Shown here piece by piece: positions 41,119 to 54,378 of a stretch of DNA of 64,000 bases. Source of the stretch: Octopus vulgaris (taxonomy: Eukaryota); the NCBI GenBank assembly GCA_951406725.2, contig OX597820.1, positions 85,994,001 to 86,058,000 of the forward strand, written 5' to 3'. Each line of letters opens with the position of its first letter. Positions within the stretch are counted from its first letter, which is position 1. Under the pieces are notes generated by a model, which had not been told where the DNA came from, ran no database searches, and saw nothing but the letters and a program-made list of their open reading frames with translations. The position numbers were made by a program, and so were the translations under genes.

Positions 41119-41229
41119 CATATTTACGACGGGCTTCTTTCAGTTTCCGTCTACCAAATCCACTCACAAGGCTTTGGTCGGCCCGAGGCTATAGTAGAAG
41201 ACATACTGTTAAAAATAAGCAACATAACA
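40530..41229 (-). mobile_element. 5'-truncated SINE (family of 12381), tandemly duplicated (~337-bp period)
   Basis: 40572-40900 is nearly identical to 40909-41229. Confidence 0.88.
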
Positions 41230-41719
41230 GGAGAAGACCCCTCAGAAACTAAGAAAATGTAAACATTTATTAATATTCATACTTGAATTACATCTTTTAA
41301 ATGGTTAAGGAAAATTTGGCTGTTATTTCTAGCTCGTCGATTCACCACCTAGACGCTCTTGCATTCGCCAGCATAAGCTTAATAAAAGTGGCACCAAACA
41401 GAAATGCATGTGACATTAGATTTCCGTTAGGTGTTTGTGCTGACGTGTACCGTGTAATGTACTGTAGTTGCTGCTATTGATTCATCCGTTGTTATTAATT
41501 ATATTTATCATAGAATTTCATTAGTGTTATGATGCAATTAGACAAATAATGTAGCGTCTGTTTCCCTTCCGGTCTTTTTTGTTTTGACAGGAAGTGTCAC
41601 AGAGATAGACTCAGATTTCATATTGTTTCTGGAAAGAAAAACTTAAATGACATTGGTAAACGAAACAAATCAAATAAAGAAATAAACACCCGGAGAGATA
41701 TTGGGAGACAGAAACGGAA

Positions 41720-41777
41720 AGAGAAAGAAAGAAAGAAAGAAAGAAAGAAAAGAAAGGAAAGATAGATAGAAAGGAAA

Positions 41778-41818
<41 letters not shown>

Positions 41819-41950
41819 GAGAGAGAAAGAAAGAAAGAAAGAAAGAAAGAAAAGAAAGAAAGCAAGAAAGAAAGAAATAAAGAATAGATAGAAAGGAAGA
41901 TAGATAGATAGATAGATAGATACATACATAGGAAAAGAAAGAAAGAAAGT
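41720..41950. repeat. (GAAA)n/(GATA)n compound microsatellite
   Basis: Directly visible. Confidence 0.95.
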
Positions 41951-42195
41951 GGGATTCGAGAAAGAAGGAGTAAAAGGAAGGAAGGAGGGAATGACAGGAA
42001 GAAACAAACTAAGGGGGGCAAGGCAGAGACAAACAGACAGAAAGAACAAACATAAAGAACCAAACAAAGAGACGGAGTGAGAAAGAAAAGAAACAATAGA
42101 AGAAAGTATAAATAAAAGAAGAATGCACAGCCAGCCATTGTTTGGCGATGAATATCATTTGGTTACATATACCATGTGTTCATTAATTTTTTCAG

Positions 42196-42286
42196 ATGCC
42201 GATGCAGCCGCCAGCAGACATAGCCACTCACTCAGCTCTCTTAAACTTGACTCGATGGAGCATCCGACATGTAACAGCTGGAGAGA
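42196..42286 (+). CDS. Candidate 91-nt internal exon of an unidentified host gene
   Basis: Acceptor AATTTTTTCAG, donor GA|GTGAGT, raised GC, two open frames (xADAAASRHSHSLSSLKLDSMEHPTCNSWR or MPMQPPADIATHSALLNLTRWSIRHVTAGE). Confidence 0.4.
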
Positions 42287-42569
42287 GTGAGTTGTGAGAG
42301 AAGGAGAGGAGGGTCTTCATTACGACTGATTTGCTGGGTGTGAGAATTGAACCCGCAGGCTTATGTTCATGAATCGAAAGCTCTAGCTTGGTTACGTACA
42401 TTTAAAAGCGAGGAGAGGAGAGACAAAAAAAAAAGAAAGAAAAGAAACAGAAGAATAAAAAGCTGTAGAAAACGTAAAACGAGAACGCAAGAATAACAGG
42501 AAAGAAATGGACTGTTAGTGTAAGAGCTAGAAAGAGAGAAATGGAAAATAAAATATGATACGCATTAAT

Positions 42570-42672
42570 GAGGAAGAGAAGGAAGAGAAGGAGAGGAGCC
42601 GAGAAGAAGAAGAAGAAGAAGAAGAAGAAGAAGAAGAAGAAGAAGAAGAAGAAGATGATGATGATGATGAGG

Positions 42673-42727
<55 letters not shown>

Positions 42728-42835
42728 CAATGATGGTGATGATGGTGATGATGATGATGACGGTGATGGTGATGATGGTGATGATGATGATGATGATGTA
42801 GAACAACAATAACGACGACAACTGCAACAACAAAA
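42570..42835. repeat. (GAA)n-(GAT)n-(GGT/GAT)n trinucleotide tract
   Basis: Directly visible. Confidence 0.95.
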
Positions 42836-44275
42836 TAATGCGGTGAGAAAAGAAAGAGGAAAGAAACGGACGGAAGGAAGGAATAAGAAATAATGTTACG
42901 TAAGAATGAAGAAAATAATCTCAGAGAAATAAAGTTGACATAAATTAATAAAAGAATGAATGAATGGTTTGCGGAGAAGGAAACAGGAAGAAAGAAGGAA
43001 GAACACAAATGTAGAAATTAAGAAATGAAAAGTAACTAGGGAAGAAGAAAAAAAGAGTAATTTATGTGGAGACCATAAAATTGACATTTCCAGGAGAAAT
43101 GAAATGAGAATGGGGAATCTGTGGTGTTCAGGTTTTCCCCCTAGGTTTGTTGTTTATGAGAGATATTAGTGATAAAAGGTTGTTTACGGCGATTCAAAAC
43201 GTGACCATATAATCAATATTGCTAACCTTACCTTTATGCAGCTGGTTACTGTTTTATTTTTTTTTTCAAAAAAGGAAGAAAAAATTCCATTTTATGCAAG
43301 TGAGATGAATGGAGTCAAATAATCAACCTTTGCTAATGAAAGATATCAATCAATTGGTAATTAGCTCGATTGACTTTTGAGCGGGGAATATTCATCCAGA
43401 AAAAAAGAAATGTCGAGCATGTTTAAATGCATAGGGCGAAGGAGAACTTACATCGTCACTGTCACCAACCTAACGGATAGAAACCAGCGATGGAGACGCT
43501 ATATGCTTGATCAAAGAAATTGCAGCCAATTTTTCTTAAAAATTACGAACTTAAAACAGAACACGTTGTGTAATATAGTGTAAAATATGTGTATGTCGAC
43601 ATAAGATAGATTGCTAGGCCTGAACCAGTTCTAATTATTGTTCCACTAGTTCAAAGATAGTCTTGCAACATAAATAAAAAAACACCAATAAGAAAATGTA
43701 CATAGCATTTTATTGCACACTTATCAACAAACACACATTCACAAAGGCACATGCACACACACACACACACAAAAAAAACAGAGGCGCACGCGTACTCTCA
43801 CGAGTGTGCATACTTATCACTGTCAAGTCAGGTGAGTTATTTGATATTTATGTGGTAGTTCTTTCATTTACCCCGACGTGATTTGAACTTAAAACGCAAC
43901 TAAATGTTGCAATCAATATTAGCCGACTCTCAACTTTATTCTCTCCACAGCTCTGCATCGCTCTGAGAAATATATATTGATTGCTAAGTTGGCAAGAAGC
44001 CACACATAGATAGACAAGCCTAATAATCAATTAACTGTTGACATGCACAAGATTTCTATGCTCTGCTACAGAGTACATCTATAGATTTTTACCTGGTATG
44101 ACATTTTGCCAGTATGTGTGGGAAGATGGCTTAGATGATGGTCAAAGTCGTCGCTGTCGAGATGCGAATTCGAAGCGTGAAAGTAAATAAGTGTAGTATT
44201 ACGCCTGGACAGGCATTCTAGTTTTTCTATAATTTTACCTCATTCACTCCGTCCTACCGCAGGAAGTCAACGAAA

Positions 44276-44358
44276 GACTGCTGATTTTCTTGAGACGTAC
44301 TCTTCCCTATATTAAGACACTGCTGATTTTCTTGACACATATTCTTCCCTATATTAAG
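44276..44358. repeat. Tandem duplication, 2 x ~43 bp
   Basis: ACTGCTGATTTTCTTGA.AC.TA.TCTTCCCTATATTAAG occurs twice. Confidence 0.9.
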
Positions 44359-45943
44359 TAATCAGTTTGTTACGACTCAATGTCTCGCCATTGTTGTATC
44401 AGAACGGCACCCATTATAACGTTTTTGATATCAAATATGGCCAAATAATGTTATTTGCACTTACCTTGTGTTTAGTAGATCAAGAGGATTGGCAACATTG
44501 TCCACAATGTATGCGTCAATATTGCAGACCGACCAAATAAAATACAATAGACACTATGGTCACCACAACTCTTGACTGCTTTACGGTTCGCCATAATTCA
44601 TCGATTAGCAATTTCATATCGCAGGCCTCGAAACCAATGTAAAAGACAATGGCTTTGCCAGTTGCATACTATGAAAGCCTAAAAATCTTCCATGGATGTA
44701 GCGCGGCACCGAAAGGTTTCTGCCAAACCTGCATTAAAATAGTATTATTTCACAGCCACACATTTCCCAGACAAGAAAAAAGGGGAGTATAACTACCCAG
44801 GTACGTTACTGGTATTCGAATGCTAATCTCAACAGCAACTACAGAATATAAGATGATATGACAAAATGCCATACAGCCAGTACTCTACTACTTTGAATAG
44901 TATCATCAAGACCACGTGAAAGTGAATGTCTCTTTAGAGCCTTCAGTACATATAGCTAAATGACACAGGATGGCACTACGGATAAATTATCATAACTCAT
45001 CCGTACCGTTGTATGTATTAAATATTTACTAGTTTACAGTTCGAAAAGTAGGTAGCATTACTCTATTCTCACTGCTGCATATGACCACATGCTTAAAGCC
45101 GAACTAAATCTTCTAATGCTGTTCTTATTTGTTGTCCGGAATGAGATACCATCAGCGTTCAAATGACAGTTAACGATGTTTATCTAGATTTCTATACATA
45201 GCCCATTCTGGACAACATTCTCCAAAGTGTCATTTTTAAGAATATGTAGTGACATATCTGCTCTCTCTCCCTCTTTCTCCCTCTCTCTCTATCTCTTTCT
45301 CTCTCTCTCTATCTATCTATCTCTTCCTCTCATGCAAGATGATCGACAACAGATGACTCAACTCGTAGACCCCCACCTGCTCTGAATTGAAAAGATACAT
45401 AGTACATCTAACAGGATTTTTGACACAAAATACAATGAAGACAAACTGAATAATTATGTATTTTACTCAACTCCCTACAGCTTTGGCTATTCTGGCTAAC
45501 TCTCTAGCAGGTACTAATCAAAATCTAATCAATATCAAATTATTGGAATGATGCGGCGAGCAGTGTTGTGGAAGAAATAAGTTACCAGACGTCCATATCC
45601 GCTATTCCGCTTCCAATTTCTGATTGAAGCCATTTGAAAAATATTTTTAATCACTAGCGAAAGTTGCAGTTACAAAGTGAAACCTGCAATCATTATTAAT
45701 TCAAATAGAATGCTGTTGTTGTTAATGTGTATATGCATATGCGTTCGTGTGTGTGCATGTGTATACCTACACACTCATCTGTACGTATAGATCTGTGTGT
45801 GTGTGTGTGTGGTGAGATGTATAGTATCGGTTAGAACATTGGGTACATTATTTTAAATCATGCGTTCGATTCTTGGAACAACGAATCGTTATGTCCTTGA
45901 GTAAGACACTTTATTTCATCTTGCTGCAATATACTGAAGCAGT

Positions 45944-46530
45944 AAGGCGGCGAGCTGGCAGAAACGTTAGCACGCTGGGCGAAATGCTCAGCAGTATTTC
46001 GTCTGCGGTTACATTCTGAGTTCAAATTCCGCCGAGGACGACTTTGCCTTTCATCGTTTCTGGGTCGATTAAATAAGTACCAGTTACGCACTGGGGTCGA
46101 TGTAATCGACTTATTCCGTGTGTCTGTCCTTGTTTGCCCCCTCTGTATTTAGCCCCTTGTGGGTAGTAAAGAAATAGGTATTTCGTCTGCCGTTACGTTC
46201 TGAGTTCAAATTCCGCTGAGGTCGACATTGCCTTTCATCCTTTCGGGGTGGATTGAATAAGTACCAGTTACGCACTGATGTCAATATAATCGATTTAATC
46301 CGTTTGTCTGTACTTGTTTGTCCCATCTGTGTGTAGACTCTTGTGGGCAGTAAAGAAATAGAAATAGGTATTTCGTCTGTCATTACGTTCTGAGTTCAAA
46401 TTCTGCCGTGGTTGACTTTGCTTTTCATCATTTCAGGGTCGATAAATTAAGCACCAGTTACATACTGGAGTCGATCTAGGTGACTAGCCCCCTCCCGCCA
46501 AATTTTGGGCCTTGTGCCTAGAGTAGAAAA
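45944..46530 (+). mobile_element. tRNA-derived SINE with triplicated core
   Basis: Head AAGGCGGCGAGCTGGCAGAAACG. Core TATTTCGTCTG..TTCTGAGTTCAAATTC..GCCTTTCATC..AAGTACCAGTTAC at ~45995, 46179 and 46369. Confidence 0.9.
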
Positions 46531-46888
46531 GAATATACTGAAGCACTCTCTGACACCAGTGTCATATTGTCGATGCTCCACTAGAGGAAGGCAAGAAGGC
46601 ATTTATGGCTACTATGTCACCTGAGGATTATTAAAGACAGCTGAAACAATTAGCGAAAGTATGGCATCTACTACCAGGTCATATTCGCTCACGAGTGACA
46701 TGTATGATTTTTAGAAGAGCGTAGACTCGAAAGACTTCTTCCATTCTTCATTAGCAGCAAAATAATACACCCTGTTTTTGTGTATTCATCTAGATCAGTG
46801 TTCTGCATATTTTTGTACATACATACATACATACATACATACATACATACATACATACATACATACATACATGCATACATACATATAT

Positions 46889-47823
46889 CTTGTCCCGTAC
46901 TTGTCTCTCATTATGTGTTTATGTATTTTTCACTCGTTGGTAATGCCTTGTTCTTATTGTATATTTTGGGGTATTTTGTCCTGTTCTTATCGCTCTTGTA
47001 GTTACATATTCTTCACTCGTAGGCGATGTCCTGTACTTGATTTTATATCTATTTATTTATAATCGAACGTCATGCAGCCTTGCCCACAGTAAGTTTTTAA
47101 CTTTATTTATAATCTCTGCGATTCTACACTATGTTCCTTTTATTTCTTCATTCCTTCCTTCCTTTCTTTCTTTCTTTCTTTCTTTCTTTCCCTCTATCCC
47201 TCCGCAATCTCCTTTAATTTGTTTCTCTTCCTCCTTCCTAACTGTCCTCTGCCTCGCTTTCTTCCACCCTCCACTAAATTCTCCCTTCTCCTTACTTCCT
47301 TTTATTCTTTCCCTCAGCCTCTCTCAATTATCACTTCACCTGTGCGTTTTTGCTTTCACGTGACTACAGGCCATTTTCTCTCACCTCTGTCTTTTCTGGA
47401 CGCCAGGTGTATGCTTAACTGAACGTCATTTTTCTCGCCACAGGACATTTTTTCTCCCCTTTTTTTCTCTTCTACAATTTTCCTTTCTTCTATTTATTCT
47501 ATATCCTTTCCATATTTCTCTCAGGCGTTACCCATTAAAATGCATCTTGTCCTAAATGATCTTAATGTTTGTCTTTGTCGATTGCTTACTCGCTACGTCC
47601 ACTCTGTCGATGTTTGCTCGTTTGAAGCTCTAACTCTCCACAAAACTTATATTTCTAAAATTTCTGGATGCTGTTGTTTTATGAAGTTTTCCTATCTTGC
47701 CGTCGAAAGCTCGAAATAGGGAGTAACTAACAGTCGACAACTACGGAGCGGTTAGACTTCTTTTGTTATTTTGTCCCGTACTTTTCTCTCATTATGTGTT
47801 TACGTACTTATCACTCATTGGTG
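46889..47823 (+). mobile_element. Non-coding element with ~52-bp direct terminal repeats between microsatellites (Penelope-like/retrozyme-like)
   Basis: TTGTCCCGTACTT.TCTCTCATTATGTGTTTA at 46889 and 47771; decayed permuted hammerhead at 47689-47749. Confidence 0.6.
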
Positions 47824-47825
47824 TA

Positions 47826-47891
<66 letters not shown>

Positions 47892-47892
<1 letters not shown>

Positions 47893-48085
47893 GTGGGACA
47901 TTCGCAAAGAAACAATAGACGAAGACGGGTGGTGTAGATAACAAACAGATGTATTAGTATAACGCTCGGGAAGTAAAAAAGTCCTTAACGTTTCGAGCCT
48001 ACGCTCTTTCACAGAAAGGAACATAGAAAGAAACAAGGAGAGAAATTAAGAATGTGAAGTGGCTAGCGATCTAATGACCGGGTGT
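47892..48085 (-). mobile_element. Penelope-like terminal fragment with a degenerate minimal hammerhead (47982-48020)
   Basis: Minus strand UCCUUU-CUGUGAAA-GAGC(GUAG)GCUC-GAAACGUU-AAGGA. Confidence 0.55.
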
Positions 48086-48812
48086 TTCAGTTCACATCAC
48101 AATCATGAGGTAATATATTCACATTTACGTTGTAATATTTTGGGCGGCTGTAGTTTTGTGAAGCATCCCATCCATATCTTTTGAGTAAAATTGGAAAAGT
48201 GGCAGCATTTTAGACATCCGTCGGCTAGATTGAACCTGCAATTCAAAAGTCTAATAGTATTCCATTTTTCAGTTTGGTTCTATTTATGTTACACATTATA
48301 GGTATGCCTGTCTTTAGAATACTCAGCCACTTGGATCCAAACTCGGTATTTGCCCTCTTCTATTTGGAAATCCTCTCCGAGTTCCATATACACACATACA
48401 CACGCACACTCACGCATACATATATCCACACTCTCATAAATATATGTGTAGGCTGGTATGTCTGTGTGTGCTTAGGTGCGTGCGTATATCGTCTTATATG
48501 ATTCTATACGTTTCAACCGGAAATCGGTGGTCATACTGGAGTACTGCCAGTATGTATGTATATATTGGTAGGGTGTATTTATGTTTATTGGTATATTTTT
48601 TATGCATATAGATGCTCATAAAAGCAACTAATACAACCAAAAATTCAATTAAAGAGCGGTCGAGTGGAGATATTTTTTCCTTCAGATCTATTCATCATAT
48701 GAACACACAAATGCCTGTAACGAACATCTAACTAGCTAGCTATTTATCTATCGATCAATCTATCTATCTATTTATCTGTCTATCTATCTATCTATATATC
48801 TATATATCTATA

Positions 48813-48851
<39 letters not shown>

Positions 48852-48886
48852 TCCACTGTGTTTGTCTAACAATTTATGCATTTATG

Positions 48887-48982
<96 letters not shown>

Positions 48983-49278
48983 TTGTATGAGTGTGTGTGT
49001 GTGTGTGTGTGTATGTGTGTGCGTGTATACTATGTGGTCGATTTTATACATTAGAACTTTTTCTATCACATATTTATAAAATAGATAACTGAAAGTTATA
49101 TATCAATTAGTAATATGTCTCAATGAATATTTCAGTATAATCTGTGCGAAAAATTAGGAACTCTGAAAAAGTTCTGCTAAATATAGAGTAAATGCCACTA
49201 TTAATTATGTATATATCCCACATATATGTACAGATTTTAATAATTATTAAAATGTAAATAATGCTCACACCACGCGCA

Positions 49279-49316
<38 letters not shown>

Positions 49317-50889
49317 GAAAAGCAAACTCGATTACAAGTTTCGATTTTCTTGTATTTTCAGAAAACTTGTGCGAATTTATGTTCTGTGCATTCTATCTCG
49401 TGCGATTATGCAATTTTCCCCCTCATCCCTGCACATACAGCCTGATATTTCGACTTTCTTTTTCGATTTTATTTTTTATCATAGTCTTAAAATACAGATA
49501 GTCCGCATCTGCCATTTGTTCCTATTTATAACTTCAAGATAATTTTGAAATCCTTTGAAATCCGAATTCAAAACGTTAACAAAATCCGTGCATGCGCACG
49601 GCCTAATATGGTTTATGGATCAAAGCACGCCATGTAACTGGTCATAACATTTTTAGAATTAAGTATTTTCAGAATTTTTTTTTGCGAATTTGTGTTCTAC
49701 AAATACTATCTCATACGATGAAGCAAAATAAAAGTGTTTGTAGCTTAAATTTTTAACCCATCGGTCCTTTACTCCAATTCCAAATTTGAAATTCTTTTCG
49801 AAAAATAATCTAATCAACGTTTTAAAATATGGACATTTGTGTCCTTTTGTTCATCTCAACATAAAATTTGAAAAGTTGAACTCTAATTTCGCGCAAGAGC
49901 ACATTTTATTTGATCCGCACCAAACGAGTCCATGTGTGTATATGTGTGTGTGTGAGAATGAGAGAGACTGTGTGTGAGAGAGAGAGAGAGAGAGAGATAG
50001 AGTGAGAGAGAGAGTGAGAGAGAGTGAGAGAGAGAGAGAGAAACAGAGAGAAAGAATATTTACAAGCAGAAAAGTTTACTAATAATATAAATAATCTTTT
50101 ACATACCTTCTTTAAATCACTGTGGATAAACCCCCGCAATGTGTTCTATAATATATTTTGTAATTAGTCCTGATATACACTCAAATTATCTATCAGATAA
50201 ATCAAGAGAATATCACAATTGAACTCAAATTTGGAAGTATGCATTTCATCTGAAAGTTGGAGGCAACAAATTTTAATATTATTTATTCTTTCAAAAGGCC
50301 TTCGCCAAGAGTTGATTTGTGGAACCAATTGCAAGGTACTTCTTTTTCCAGATTTTTAAGGAAAATAATTTAATGGCAAAAAAGAAATATTGTGTTTGCC
50401 GCTGTCAAATGTCGAAACAGCCATTCTCGAGTGCAATAGACGGAGATGTTTGGTATTGCCGTAATTTTAAAAACACGAGAGGATAACTTTATTGAAGGCA
50501 GTTACTTGACGGTGTGTTCACTATTCCATATTATATTCGACTTCATCTCTGAACTGTCAATGAACCAGTTGTATATCCATAAATAATATTAGTAGAGACA
50601 CAGTCATTCAGTGGTATAAATACTGCAGTGGGATACTTACACAGAAATCGATGAAAAATACACGAAAAATTAGGTGGACCTAACCATATAGTCCAAGTGT
50701 ATGAAAAAAAGTGGTGAAGGAATTGTGGGTTATCGGATTTTATGATAATATAGAAAAGAAAGTTTACCTGCAACTTGTTCCCGATCGAAATGCCGAAACA
50801 CTAAAGCGGTTATCATTGAAAATGTGGAAGCAGTTTTGAAAATTTTCACAGAAAATGTAGCGAAGTTATACCGATGTATTAATACTGTA

Positions 50890-51065
50890 GCTGGACGGGT
50901 TTAGTCAAGTACATTGATCCCAGTATTTGACTGGGATATGATTTTATCAAGCCTCAATAGATGAAAGGTAAAGTTGACAATTGCAGGATGTGAAACTAGA
51001 ATAGAGGGAAACGGAAGAATTTCCGGTAAGAAAAATGTCGGACGCGCCAATGATTGTGCAGCATC
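50890..51065 (-). mobile_element. Decayed SINE
   Basis: ATTTTATCAA...GATGAAAGGTAAAGTTGAC is the reverse complement of the family core. Confidence 0.55.
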
Positions 51066-53119
51066 TTTGACGTCCAGATTGAAATAGGCTGATGCCTACG
51101 TGTAAAAGTTCTATTCTGGATATATTTATTTAGTTGAATGTGTATTACAGAGATTAACGGTTTAGATAAACTGTAGAAGGACAAACCAAGTTTGTTAAAA
51201 TATCTCGGCAGCATACGTTGCAGATGCTTTTTTAGATCAAGTTAATTCCGTTATTGATGAAACAATGACAAAAGACTAGATTACAGGTTATATGTTGTGC
51301 TAATAACTAAAAGCTGACCAATTTTCTAACTGGAACAGAAACTCAAATTAAAATCTATGACAGTCAATTCCTCAAGTAGTTACATATGAATATCAAGAAA
51401 TTTGGAAATGTCAAATGTTACAGTTTGGCATCTAGGAGCAGACATATTGGACAACGTGACTTCATGACAGCTGGTTACAGTTCCAATCCTTATGGACTCT
51501 TGGACACTCTGGGAACTGTTTTGTTTTTTGTCACTCATAGCATTCATATGATATGTTATTGAATGTATGGTTCTATTGATCCGATTGGTTGACGTTGTTA
51601 TATAGGTTATCTGTGCTAACAATGCCATTAGCTGTCAGTTGTAATTTTCCATCTGCGATGGAAAATTGCGACTCGGTCAATCTACATTGTAAATCAATAG
51701 TAATTTGCATAAGTTATATTTTTGCTTCTCTTGGGAAATGGAGCAACATCACAAATTCCCATTCCTACTTTCGTTAACAATATCAGGTTTCATGGCCTCA
51801 GAACTGTGGTAAGTTATCGACATAACATAATCAAATGGCTTTAAAATGGAGCATAAGGACTTTTAGAATAGAAATTAACGCAACTACGAAACACCCATAA
51901 AATGGCTTGCACATTTCATTTGAAACTGGTAATTGCACGTGATTTAATGGTTTAATTATTGGAGGAATTAGCTTTCACACCGATAGCTAATTGCTATAAG
52001 ATGGAATAAAGTAGCAAACTAACATATTAAATGAGAATTAACTCGTTAGCCTATTTCTCATTGAACGTTTACGAGCGGACAGCTAACATGCAAGGAATTA
52101 ATGATCGGTAGACAAAAATTAGCAAATTCATTTATGTATTTATATGACATTGGAGAATGGTAGAGGGGTAGAACTTGGAATGTATCGGACCTTGTGTGTT
52201 CTGCTATTTAGTCACGTTATTTTTATGTTCCGGGTTCAAATCTCCACCGATGTTAGCGGTTTCGGCGTTGTTTAAGTAAGATATTCTTGCTTACTTTTAG
52301 CTCCTTATTGTCTCTGATTAATCACGCAGCATGACTTAGATAAATCTCAAACAAATACATAAGTCCTTATTATATATATCTGTGCATGTATGTATGCTTA
52401 TATATGTGTGCATTTATGAATGATTTTGCGTGCGTGTGTCAACATATACACACTTGCTAATATGTGTATCGTTGGGTTACTTTTATGTCTTGATATTCAA
52501 ATCTCTATTAGCTTGTTAATAAGCATCATATCGTTTGTTATGCTATGTGACACTTGTGTCCACGTGAGATGTACAAGAATTAAATTATGGATATAGCAGA
52601 ATAACTACTATGTAATTGTCTCAACATACAATTGGACAACAATTTGAACAGTAGTTAATAAGTAATGAGCTGGTTATTAGTGAAGATTCATTATCATACC
52701 TCCTGTAAGAAGAGGAAAGAGCCATCAAGTACATGTTGCTGGTTGTTCAAAACGGTGGTGAAGGTTTGTTTTCTTGTGATGCATGCTAAATGAAAGTATT
52801 TCAAAAGATGGATCTTATTACTTCATGTGTTCTTTCTCATTTCTGAAGATGGTAAAGACATAAATCTTATCAAGTACTCTAATCATCTTGAAATACGGCT
52901 TCTATTCTTGTCATTTAATATTCTTCACACACGTTTTCTTTATTATATGTAGTTGTTTTAAAATGAATCACCAAATTCTTTAAACGTTCTGTTATGATGT
53001 AGAAAATACATCACTGAATGAAATTACATAATGAAGACAAATGAAAGTTTGGAAATTATTGTGAAAATTACGTATTACTGAAATATAATTTTCCATTAGG
53101 TTTGCATCTAATGGGTAAC

Positions 53120-53315
53120 GTGGTAGAAACGTTACCATGTCGGTCAAACGCCTAGAGGCATTTCTTCCTGCTGTGTAGTCAGCATTCAAAAGTCACCGAC
53201 ATCAGATTTACCTTTCACTCTTCAGAGTCAATGAAATAACGTACCAGTTAAGAACTATGGTCGATGTAATGGACTTGGCTTTTTCCTCTCAAAACTGTTG
53301 GCATTGTGCCAAAAC
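53120..53315 (+). mobile_element. Decayed SINE
   Basis: GGTAGAAACGTTACC head; CCTTTCA..GTACCAGTT..GGTCGATGTAAT core. Confidence 0.6.
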
Positions 53316-54167
53316 TTGTATCTATTAAGCGTATGTCTGTTTCATGTATTGTGTAAGACATATATATTCCTCAACTTTTCTTTCTCCGGTATTTTCCGTC
53401 ATATTAGTTTCCGACATATTAGTTCATCGTTTATTCTGCACCTAAGTAATTCGTATCATAGTTTATGTACCTTATTTTTCTTCTTTACCATAAATTCTTT
53501 CGTTTTTCTCTTCCTACTCACTATATTATATTTTCTCTTACGTTAACATATATTCTCAAATCACTTTATTATATATTCATAATTTCCAGGAAAGATTAGC
53601 AAATTTCATCAAGATTTACTTATTTTAGTACATGAAATATTTATATTTCGATCTTTATCTTTAGATTTCCACCTGGTTTTCTCTAGATGTGAAGTGCCTA
53701 AAATTAGCGACCATACATTTTTAACGTTCACTTTATTTCAATGTATTTCGATAAAATCCAGCGTTCCTAGAGATATTTCCAAAGAATTTACCCGCATAAA
53801 ATTGTGCAAGGAAAGCTGGTAAATACGTCAGCAGTGCTGCATATGAAAAGGTAGAACAAGCAGGAGATTATATCAAAGTATTTTGTGTTCACATTAAAGT
53901 AGTGTCGACTTCATTATCGATCCCGAGTTAGAGGCAGCACAACGTAATGAGAACATAATGAGAAATCATCCTTCTACGGATGTAAAACTACTCAAAATAT
54001 AAAACACTGGTTATCAAAATCCAAGATTTAACCTCTTCATTGAATTGTTGGTAAATCACATTCGTATCATTATTTTCAAAATAAAATTTTAAAAATACGC
54101 ACGGTCGAAAGGAAAACTGGCACAAGTTTTAGAGATAAATTAATACCTATTGCTACAGAGAAAATGG

Positions 54168-54378
54168 AAGGCAACGAGCGAGTAGAGTCGTTAACGCGAC
54201 GAACAAGATTCTAAGTACCATTTATTCCAGCTTTACGTTCTGAGTTCAAATTCCGCAGCGGTAGACTTCGCCTTTCATCCTGTCGGAGTCGATAACATAA
54301 GTATCTGTCAAGTACTGAAGTCAGTAAAATCGACTAGTCCCTCCCACCAAATTCCATGCCTTATGCCTAGAGTAGAAA
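54168..54378 (+). mobile_element. tRNA-derived SINE
   Basis: TTACGTTCTGAGTTCAAATTCCGC..GCCTTTCATCCTGTCGGAGTCGATAA. Confidence 0.8.

Noticed and set aside
42402-43008. Poly-E/D, poly-H, poly-S ORFs
   Set aside because: A trinucleotide tract open in several frames on both strands; no splice or domain support.
46614-46667. Hammerhead-like CTGAGGA...GAAAC...GTA
   Set aside because: Stems II and III do not pair and stem I is out of register; at best a remote fossil.
49085-49900. Possible DNA-transposon MITE with internal ~60-bp repeats (49352, 49662)
   Set aside because: Could not define TIRs or a TSD by eye.
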